A stretch of 10,273 nucleotides of DNA from Sulfurimonadaceae bacterium (GCA_041548245.1 JBFESZ010000074.1:1-10273), one strand, 5' to 3'. Numbered from the stretch's first letter, positions 1 to 6,708 are shown. Numbers and translations: made by a program. The notes: generated by a model not told the origin, from the sequence alone.

Positions 1-1113
1 ATCCAAAAGAAGCAGGGCATCACTGGAATGGGTATCCTCTATCATCTTTAAAGCATTTGAAAGCCTGTTTTCCCATTCTTGCTCAAGCTCAGCACTAAGA
101 GTGTGTTCTTCTAAAAGCGGGTACTCCTGAATAAGTCGGTAAGCTTTTGCATAGGCTCGGGTATTGATATATGATTTTAGTAGGCCTACAGGCAGGAGCT
201 CATATTCGCTAATGGAACCGTCCTCGCAGCCGACAAACAGTGTATCGTCCCCGCTTATGCTGAGTTGGGTGATTCGGCCAGTAAGAGTGATATAGGAAGC
301 GTCACGGATTTTCTGTTTTTTGATATCGATAAGTACAATGTCTTTAGCATGCCCGGCAGCCAAAAGATAGTTTCCCGTACTGCAGACGGCTATCATATCA
401 ACACTGCTTAGCCCTGTCTGATAGTGTTTTTTGATTTGCGAGGTATGCAGATCAATGATATCAATGGCACCTTCGATATTGCCTGCGGCGAGCGTATTCT
501 CATGCAAAAATTTTAATGCGTTAATACGCACATGGCTGGGGGTAATACGCTTAGGAAGGACTTCTGTATGGATGTTGGTAACGACTATACTCCCGCCATA
601 ACCGGTCGTGGCGACAAGATTACCCGAAGGGCTGAAGGATGCAGCGGACACATAGTTGACTTTGGGTCTGGTTAAAAGATGGGGCGTGTATTCGGGGAAA
701 GAGCTTAAACGAGAGATCTGTCCTGTGGAAAAAAGATTCCATAAATAGACTCTTCCTGTAATGGACCCGGCGATGAGATAGTGTGAATCAGGACTAAAGC
801 AAAGTGTTTCAATGCGGTTTTTCAGCGTGGGAAAAGAGTGGTGCAGTTTACGTGTTTGTATATTGATGACACGTACAACAGACTGGTTTATCTCACTATA
901 GGCAAGGTACTGGCCGTCCGGACTGAAGGCTATGCTTTTGGTTCCTCTATGGGCATTGGCATTTTTAAATGTAAAGCTTTGTTCAGCCTGCATGTTTTCA
1001 AGGCTTAAAAGTAAAAAGGACTTATCCCCGGTCACAACAGCAAGACTTGCATGATCTAAAACACTGAGATAGATGACATCACTGCCAAACTCTGCTTTTC
1101 TGGAAACTTTCAT
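1..1113 (-). CDS. WD40-like beta-propeller protein (about 7 blades) followed by an alpha-helical region; 3' end lies outside the window
   Basis: Manually translated open frame from ATG at 1113 to position 1 (371 codons, no stop; in-frame TAA just upstream at 1123-1125). Starts MKVSRKAEFGSDVIYLSVLD. Blade-like repeats: SIAFSPDGQYLAYS, TLCFSPDSHYLIAGSITGRVYLWN, AASFSPSGNLVATTGYGGSIVVTN, ALKFLHENTLAAGNIEGAIDIID, IAVCSTGNYLLAAGHAKDIVLID, LSISGDDTLFVGCEDGSISEYE. These are followed by helical-looking AYAKAYRLIQEYPLLEE...ELEQEWENRLSNALKMIE. Absent from the ORF track, presumably because there is no stop in the window. Confidence 0.88.
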   Translation of the reverse strand, partial: MKVSRKAEFGSDVIYLSVLDHASLAVVTGDKSFLLLSLENMQAEQSFTFKNANAHRGTKSIAFSPDGQYLAYSEINQSVVRVINIQTRKLHHSFPTLKNRIETLCFSPDSHYLIAGSITGRVYLWNLFSTGQISRLSSFPEYTPHLLTRPKVNYVSAASFSPSGNLVATTGYGGSIVVTNIHTEVLPKRITPSHVRINALKFLHENTLAAGNIEGAIDIIDLHTSQIKKHYQTGLSSVDMIAVCSTGNYLLAAGHAKDIVLIDIKKQKIRDASYITLTGRITQLSISGDDTLFVGCEDGSISEYELLPVGLLKSYINTRAYAKAYRLIQEYPLLEEHTLSAELEQEWENRLSNALKMIEDTHSSDALLLLD

Positions 1114-1115
1114 AT

Positions 1116-1150
1116 CACTATATTATCATAAAAGCTTTATTAATATAGTG
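1116..1150. repeat. Inverted repeat: perfect 10-bp arms around a 15-nt spacer that contains a further palindrome
   Basis: CACTATATTA (1116-1125) and TAATATAGTG (1141-1150) are exact reverse complements. The spacer contains AAAGCTTT (1131-1138). Confidence 0.85.
1120..1128 (-). promoter_or_regulatory. Putative extended -10 (TGnTAATAT) for the WD40 gene, spaced as for a leaderless transcript
   Basis: Minus strand reads TGA-TAATAT-AGTGAT-ATG, with 6 nt between the -10 and the start codon. No Shine-Dalgarno is present. Confidence 0.5.
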
Positions 1151-1161
1151 CTTTTGCGATT

Positions 1162-1179
1162 GAGGTATAGCTTTTGCTT
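1162..1179 (+). promoter_or_regulatory. Putative sigma54 (RpoN) -24/-12 promoter
   Basis: GAGGTATAGCTTTTGCTT: GG (1164-1165)-N10-GC (1176-1177) with TTTTGCTT at -12, as in Campylobacterota RpoN promoters. The -24 element (AGGTAT versus TGGC/AAC) is imperfect. Confidence 0.55.
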
Positions 1180-1189
1180 TGAAAGCGGC

Positions 1190-1621
1190 ATGATCATTCA
1201 AAACAACAGTTCGTCCTTATATTCAGCACAAGATGACAGCAGTATATATACTCAAGGCAAGACAGATGAGAGTCAAGCAATCTCTTTTTCCTCCTTGCAT
1301 AATTTCAGTGAAAAGGCTGTGCTGGTATTTGAAAAACTGACGGCCGGATATACATCGGAACAGAAGCAGAGGGTGAAAGAGTCTCTGGCCAGCATAGGTA
1401 AAGCCGCTGCCTTTGCCGCTACAAACGGATTCACCACTCAAAATGAACGCAATATCGTAAGCCAGTATTTCGGTAATTTCAGTGGAGTATTGAGTGATGA
1501 AGCCATACGGAAAATGATCCATACGAAACTTGATGAGCCAAGTTTTGAAAACAGGGAATTTTTAGAAAAGTTTGCGCAAGAGCTTTCCCAGCCTTTGCAG
1601 GGAATCAACATCAGGGTCTAA
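1190..1621 (+). CDS. Hypothetical protein, 143 aa (MIIQNNSSSLYS...QPLQGINIRV); possibly flagellum-associated
   Basis: ORF-track 1073..1621, re-started at ATG 1190 because the longer start overlaps the WD40 gene and the promoter region. S/N/Q-rich N-terminus, helical core, C-terminal G-I-N-I-x-V motif. Confidence 0.75.
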   Translation: MIIQNNSSSLYSAQDDSSIYTQGKTDESQAISFSSLHNFSEKAVLVFEKLTAGYTSEQKQRVKESLASIGKAAAFAATNGFTTQNERNIVSQYFGNFSGVLSDEAIRKMIHTKLDEPSFENREFLEKFAQELSQPLQGINIRV

Positions 1622-2015
1622 ACACAGCAAGTGTCTGCAGAGCGTATTGATAGCTTGTCTCTATCAGTTCATGCTGTCCATTTTTTTCTATGGCCTTTTT
1701 ATAGGCATTCTCTATACTTTCATGAATAGAGTTAAACATCTCTCTATTAAGACCATTTATCTTCAAAACGTATGCAATAATGCGATGACCTGTCTGCAGA
1801 TAGCCAAAAAATGCATCCTTGCTCAATAATTCTTCTTTTTGCACTGCATTGAGATAATCAAGCGAGATCCCTTCATAGCCAATCGTCTTTAACTCTCTTC
1901 TCATGGTTTGACTGATTGAAGGTACTTCCTTAGAGATCATGACTTGCAAACGAAAATTGATATAGGCCCATTGTTCAATATCTTCAGAAAAGTTATTGCA
2001 AGTATTGACCGGCAT
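1611..2015 (-). CDS. Hypothetical protein, 134 aa; divergent FedB/Cj0391c (DUF5610-like) family candidate
   Basis: ATG at 2015 preceded by a strong SD (AAGGAG, 2020-2025), so the ORF-track start at 2069 is less likely. The pattern IGYEG...EELLSKDAFFG..QT.HRII.YV.K..G...E...A....G resembles the FedB C-terminal domain as I recall it (not verified). Confidence 0.75.
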   Translation of the reverse strand: MPVNTCNNFSEDIEQWAYINFRLQVMISKEVPSISQTMRRELKTIGYEGISLDYLNAVQKEELLSKDAFFGYLQTGHRIIAYVLKINGLNREMFNSIHESIENAYKKAIEKNGQHELIETSYQYALQTLAVFRP

Positions 2016-2204
2016 AGTTCTCCTTTTAAAATGAGCAGTGTAATATAAAAAGATGTCGAAATTGTGCAACAGAGTGAAAAAAATGAAAATGCAAGGTTGA
2101 AAAGAGTCGATGCTGGATAGAGAATAGGTAAAGTAAAAATATTATAAGATATGACTTTCTCTATGAATGAATATAGTATACACATCATAAGATCAAGGTG
2201 AAGA

Positions 2205-3725
2205 ATGCTCCCCACGGTAGAAAGTGATGCCAGTATTTCTGATGAAATCAATAAGTTTACCCGTAAGTATCTATTGAATAAACTTGACGAAGACTTTTAT
2301 GCTTCAGACTTTTCTCAAAAACATTATGAGGCGCTTTTAAATGAGCTCTTCAGTGTTTTCGGAAAGGATAAGACACTGACGCGTACAAAGACAATCGGTA
2401 CATGTATCGCCAACCATTTTAAATATTATTCCCAGGAGTGTGAGGTAGAAATCAAAGAGGGGAAGATAAAGGTATCGAATAGATTCCAAGAGGGTGTCAA
2501 CAGTGCCGATATGGATAAGGCCTTTATCAGTCTGAATGTCTCTTTGCAGAAGCTTGTCGAAGAGAAGGATGACTATACGCTTCAGGAGAACCTTTTGTGT
2601 TTTCCTGAAGGAACCCTGCAATCACTTTATGAGAAGTTCTCTAAAACCTTATTGGTAGACGACCCTGTGGGGCTTCGAAACACTATACGCTCGGCTGTTC
2701 AAAACAGTTTCAGCCTGCATGCCAGAGACATTGTCCTTTTCCTGCGCCAAAAGCTCTATATACGCTATTTTTTCGATATGAAAAAGATGAGCGAAGATGA
2801 GAACAGGCGTTTTCTTGGAGTCTCACCAGAGATTATGCAAAAGCTTTACAAAGAGAACTTTCCTGAAAACTTTTCCAATATTCTTCTTGATATGGCTCCT
2901 GATGTGATCCATGACGCTCTGGATTTTTCAAGGATAGACAATATGACGTTCAGGGCCAAATATATTGATGTCTTTAGAGCCATGGTGGATGTGGCGATGT
3001 CGGAGTATACTTCCTCCCTGGATAAAGAGAGTGTCCTGGCTCTGAACGGTTATATATTGAGGTTGAACTTTGACAAGCTTTTGTATCTGTGTGCAAAGAT
3101 ATTGATCAATATGGTGATGAAACGTGATAGAAAAGCAGACGAGTTTTTGCGTTTTTACAACGGAGAAACACTCGTAGAAAAGGGTGGTAAAAAGATCAAA
3201 AAACCTTTTGTTATCGATGCCAAACAAAATATATGGAACTACAGTTCCATATTTTCGGTGATGACGCAGTGCTCACAATATGACAATAAGCATAAACAAG
3301 AGGTATTGGCACTTAAAGAGACTGAAAAGTTTATGAAAGAGGCTGAATCGATATTGGAGGCGAGCAAAGCGGATGAAAAAAAATGCTCACAGAAACTCAC
3401 TCTTCTCAAAGATGAGTTGCATCGATGCACAATGGAGAAAAACAAGCTCCTGACCATTGTGAAACCAAGTAAAGAGGAAGCTTTAGAACTAAAGAAAAGA
3501 AGGCATGAGGAGAAAGCCTTACTTGATAAGCATGATAAACTTTTCAGCGATAAAGGTGAGTTGACACTGAAGCTTGAAAATGCAAACATCGCACATCGAA
3601 ACCGCTACAAACAGCTTCAGATGGCGAAACAGTCTCTGGAGACACTTGAGAAAAAAGGGGAAGAGTTGCACAGGCAGCAAGATAATATCCTGGCTGCCTT
3701 GGCAAAGGCCCTCATCTTTCGTTAA
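2205..3725 (+). CDS. Hypothetical cytoplasmic protein, 506 aa, with a long C-terminal coiled coil
   Basis: Long ORF with SD-like AAGGTG upstream and a possible -10 TATAGT (2172-2177). Residues from about 360 to 500 are K/E/L/Q-rich with heptad character. No signal peptide, TM segment or Walker A motif is visible. Confidence 0.85.
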   Translation: MLPTVESDASISDEINKFTRKYLLNKLDEDFYASDFSQKHYEALLNELFSVFGKDKTLTRTKTIGTCIANHFKYYSQECEVEIKEGKIKVSNRFQEGVNSADMDKAFISLNVSLQKLVEEKDDYTLQENLLCFPEGTLQSLYEKFSKTLLVDDPVGLRNTIRSAVQNSFSLHARDIVLFLRQKLYIRYFFDMKKMSEDENRRFLGVSPEIMQKLYKENFPENFSNILLDMAPDVIHDALDFSRIDNMTFRAKYIDVFRAMVDVAMSEYTSSLDKESVLALNGYILRLNFDKLLYLCAKILINMVMKRDRKADEFLRFYNGETLVEKGGKKIKKPFVIDAKQNIWNYSSIFSVMTQCSQYDNKHKQEVLALKETEKFMKEAESILEASKADEKKCSQKLTLLKDELHRCTMEKNKLLTIVKPSKEEALELKKRRHEEKALLDKHDKLFSDKGELTLKLENANIAHRNRYKQLQMAKQSLETLEKKGEELHRQQDNILAALAKALIFR

Positions 3726-3810
3726 GCATTTAAAATCAAAATCCTATTATTCATTTAAGTTATGTTTGGCCATAATGATTTATCAACAAAATCAAAACAA
3801 AGAAATTCTT

Positions 3811-5178
3811 ATGAGCCGTGTACTGATCATTGAAGACAGCAAAATGCTTTGTACTATTATGAAGGACCTTCTTAATAGGTTTACAAATTTTGATTACGAT
3901 ATTGCCGGGACCTATGCCCAGGCAGAAGCATTTTTGAAAGAGCATACCTATGACTATGCTGTGACGGACCTGCATCTTCCCGATTGTGAAGATGGGCAGG
4001 CAGTTGCTCTTGTAAACAGGCATGATATCGCACCGGTGATCTTTACCTCAGATATGAGTGAGGAACTGCGTGACAGTTTTGAATCCTCCAATATTGTAGA
4101 CTATATCCTTAAAGAGAATTATGACAATATTGTCTCAGTCATCGAAAAACTGTTGCAGCTGGAAGAGAACCGGGAGAAAAAAGTACTTATCGTCGACGAC
4201 TCTTTTACGTACAGGTATTATCTCAAAAACAATCTTAGTCTGCATCAGTTCAAGGTTCTTGAGGCGGATAACGGAAGTCAAGCACTTGAGGTTATTAGTC
4301 TTAATCCGGATATAGAGCTTGTTATCACGGATTATCATATGCCGGTTATGGATGGTTTGGAACTTACACGCAAGGTACGAAAAAAGTTCAGTAAGAAAGA
4401 GATGGCAATTATCACACTGACCAGCGAGACCAAGTCCTATGTCACGAGCAAATTCTTAAAAGAGGGGGCGAATGACTATATCACCAAGCCTTTCTCCCGT
4501 GATGAACTCTATGCGAGGATCTATCAAAATATTGACACTCTGGAAATCTTCAATCAGGTCAAGGAGATCTTTGAATATGATATTATCAATGTCCTATGCG
4601 AGGTGACTGAGTACAAGAGTGCGGAGACCGGAGGACATATCAAACGTATGAAAGAGTACACATCATTACTGGCAACGCTTAACGGTACCCATCCAAAAGA
4701 GGCTGAAATCATAGGAAAAATGTCAGTCTTGCATGATATAGGAAAGATTGCAATCCCGGATGCTATACTGGGTAAACCGGGTAAATTTACAGAAGAAGAG
4801 TTTGAAGTGATGAAGACGCATACAAATCATGGAAAACATATTCTTGAGGAGGCTTTCAAATCAGATCTTAAGATGGGAAAAATGGCCATCGATATTGCCT
4901 ATTCTCATCATGAACGCTTTGATGGAAACGGATATCCGCAAGGATTGAAAGGTATGGGAATACCTATACATGCCAGAATGGTCTCACTGGTTGATTGTTT
5001 TGATGCTTTGGCCCATAAACGTGTCTATAAAGAGGCTTGGGAGATGAGTGATATCCTGGAGTATATCGAGTCAGAATCTGGAAAAGCTTTTGACCCCCAT
5101 CTCGTAAGAATTTTTCTAAAACATATTGATCAGTTTATAGAGATCCTGCACAAGTACAGTACAAAACAAGCCGCCTAG
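3811..5178 (+). CDS. Response regulator with tandem receiver domains and an HD-GYP c-di-GMP phosphodiesterase domain (RpfG family), 455 aa
   Basis: REC1: VLIIEDS...VTDLHLPD...FTS...YILKE. REC2: VLIVDDS...ITDYHMPVMDG...LTS...GANDYITKPF. HD-GYP: ETGGH, LHDIGK, HHERFDGNGYP, DCFDAL..KRVYK. Start placed at ATG 3811 (MSRVLII, a typical REC start); the ORF-track start at 3574 overlaps the upstream gene. Confidence 0.93.
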   Translation: MSRVLIIEDSKMLCTIMKDLLNRFTNFDYDIAGTYAQAEAFLKEHTYDYAVTDLHLPDCEDGQAVALVNRHDIAPVIFTSDMSEELRDSFESSNIVDYILKENYDNIVSVIEKLLQLEENREKKVLIVDDSFTYRYYLKNNLSLHQFKVLEADNGSQALEVISLNPDIELVITDYHMPVMDGLELTRKVRKKFSKKEMAIITLTSETKSYVTSKFLKEGANDYITKPFSRDELYARIYQNIDTLEIFNQVKEIFEYDIINVLCEVTEYKSAETGGHIKRMKEYTSLLATLNGTHPKEAEIIGKMSVLHDIGKIAIPDAILGKPGKFTEEEFEVMKTHTNHGKHILEEAFKSDLKMGKMAIDIAYSHHERFDGNGYPQGLKGMGIPIHARMVSLVDCFDALAHKRVYKEAWEMSDILEYIESESGKAFDPHLVRIFLKHIDQFIEILHKYSTKQAA

Positions 5179-5180
5179 TC

Positions 5181-5212
5181 AAAAAGAGCAGTAGCATAGG
5201 TGCTAATCTTGA
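5181..5212 (-). terminator. Weak hairpin between the convergent HD-GYP and sqr genes; possible terminator for sqr
   Basis: TAGCA-TAGG-TGCTA stem-loop (5192-5205). On the minus strand it is followed by CTGCTCTTTTT. The stem is short and AT-rich. Confidence 0.3.
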
Positions 5213-5227
5213 TACGGGTAGGTTTTT

Positions 5228-6661
5228 CTACATTAATCCTCGCATCATCAGATGTTTATACATCGGTTTGAGCATATAGACGTCAAATACCCACCAGGCA
5301 GAACGTGGTATAGAGATATCTTTCCAAAATGGAATAGAAGGAAGCGGTCCATCGTATCCGAACTCTGCCATGATGATTTTCCCATATTCTGTTTTCAATG
5401 GACAAACCGTATATCCGTCAAACTTCTCTAGGAGCTCTTTACCTTCCATGGCGGCAATAAGGTTTTTTGAGACGATAGGGGCATGGTGTCGTGCAGTTCC
5501 ACCTGTTTTTCCCATGGGAATACCGCAAATGTCTCCTATACCGAATACATTACTGTAACGACGGTGCTGAAGAGTCTCCTGATCGACCTCGAGCCAGCCT
5601 TTTGCGGTTCCCTTTTGCCAGCTTAGCAAGGAATTCCTAACCGCATCCACAGCACTCATAGGAGGAACGATATGGATGAAGTCATAGGCCATTTCGACTT
5701 CTTCATATTTGTCGATGACGTCATATATCTCCAGATCTTCATCATATTCGCCCTGTTCTTGCCAAAAGTGATCAAATGTGGCTATCTTGTTCTTCACATC
5801 TATTTTTTTAAGATTATGAGTGAACCTGGTTGACATTCCTTCATAACTTTCCTGTGTTTTTTGAAGCTCATCCGTCACATTTTTTAAACTGAACAGTGAA
5901 GCGTTGTTTGTGGCGAAGATAAACTCGGCTGACAAGCCATCTTTTTTAAGGTAATCAGCACTTAGATACAGGATCTTCTGTGGGGCACCTCCGCATTTGA
6001 TCGGAGTATTAGGCTGTGTATAGATAGCGCGAGGTTTCTTACCCTCTTTAGCAGCCTGCCTGAGGTCATTGAACCACTGCCATGTAAGCTCGCCACCTGC
6101 ATGGGTCCCCTTTTCCAGATCGTTCAGATAGACAGAAGAAATACCGTTTGTACCGATATCTTCTATACTAAGACCTTCAATCCATTCATAATGATACTCA
6201 ATACCTGCAGCGACGACGAGAAAATCATAGGAGAGGGTTTCTCCGTTTCTCAATGTGAGACGATTATTGTCGGGATCAAAAGTTTTTACTTTATCCTTGA
6301 TCCATTTGACATCATCGGGGATAAACTCTTTGTTGCTCATCTCGATCTCATCAGGTTCATACACACCTGAAGCAATAAAGACCTGTCCTGGCTGGTATAG
6401 ATGGACTTCATTGGGTGTGATAATCGTAATATCAGGATTGCTAAGAGAAGAGCGAAGATGTGCCATTGCCATGATACCTCCAGCCCCACCACCGACGATG
6501 ACTATCTTTCCCTTGGCATCTGAAGATGCTTTTGCTTCTGTTGTACTACCGGCAAGGATAGATGCTGCGATAGGAGAGATTCCCATCAGTTTAAGAGCAT
6601 CACGTCGTGAAAGGGTGTCTGTTATCTCGGTTAATGGTTCCAGCAAGGTCTTTTTTTTCAT
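5228..6661 (-). CDS. sqr: Sulfide:quinone oxidoreductase, type II (SqrB / eukaryotic SQOR-like) flavoprotein with a Tat signal peptide
   Basis: FAD motif IVIVGGGAGG, HLYQPG, catalytic Cys motifs PIKCGGAPQKILYL and FDGYTVCPL (matching the type II KCAGAPQK / DGYTSCPL signatures), TLQHRRYSNVFGIGD. Tat motif SRRDALK and an AxA site (AKA, residues 43-45). Confidence 0.87.
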   Translation of the reverse strand: MKKKTLLEPLTEITDTLSRRDALKLMGISPIAASILAGSTTEAKASSDAKGKIVIVGGGAGGIMAMAHLRSSLSNPDITIITPNEVHLYQPGQVFIASGVYEPDEIEMSNKEFIPDDVKWIKDKVKTFDPDNNRLTLRNGETLSYDFLVVAAGIEYHYEWIEGLSIEDIGTNGISSVYLNDLEKGTHAGGELTWQWFNDLRQAAKEGKKPRAIYTQPNTPIKCGGAPQKILYLSADYLKKDGLSAEFIFATNNASLFSLKNVTDELQKTQESYEGMSTRFTHNLKKIDVKNKIATFDHFWQEQGEYDEDLEIYDVIDKYEEVEMAYDFIHIVPPMSAVDAVRNSLLSWQKGTAKGWLEVDQETLQHRRYSNVFGIGDICGIPMGKTGGTARHHAPIVSKNLIAAMEGKELLEKFDGYTVCPLKTEYGKIIMAEFGYDGPLPSIPFWKDISIPRSAWWVFDVYMLKPMYKHLMMRGLM

Positions 6662-6699
6662 CTCTTTTTATCCTGTATTATTTAGAATGTACTTGGGCA

Positions 6700-6708
6700 A
6701 ATATAACA
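6700..6708 (-). promoter_or_regulatory. Putative extended -10 (TGTTATATT) for sqr
   Basis: Minus strand TGT-TATATT about 40 nt upstream of the sqr ATG, in the recJ-sqr spacer. SD-like CAGGA lies 9 nt before the ATG. Confidence 0.45.

Noticed and set aside
1073..1189. Longer N-terminus for the 1190-1621 gene given by the ORF track
   Set aside because: It overlaps the WD40 CDS head-to-head and runs through the palindrome and promoter region.
2047..2113. Imperfect repeat AAAAGA(T)GTCGA twice; possible sigma28 -10 boxes (TTCGACAT on -, GTCGATGC on +)
   Set aside because: There is no convincing TAAA-type -35 at the right spacing and the -10 matches are imperfect. Too weak to call, although attractive next to a FedB-like gene.
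3574..3810. 79-codon open-frame extension upstream of the HD-GYP gene, suggesting a frameshift fusion with the coiled-coil gene
   Set aside because: Fusion would need a +1 shift. The A-run near 3651 is not an in-frame -1 slippery heptamer, and a -1 shift leads to the wrong frame anyway. The extension peptide looks non-coding and the REC domain starts cleanly at 3811.
1223..4338. Short ORF-track ORFs 1223-1522, 1572-1829, 1937-2251, 2337-2621, 2928-3227, 3239-3589, 3760-4023, 4121-4315 and 4135-4338
   Set aside because: Antisense or alternate-frame shadows of better-supported genes, with no recognisable motifs.
6651..6658. A8 run right after the sqr start codon as a possible phase-variation tract
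   Set aside because: It is explained by MKKK codons. Phase-variable tracts in this phylum are typically longer poly-G/C runs.
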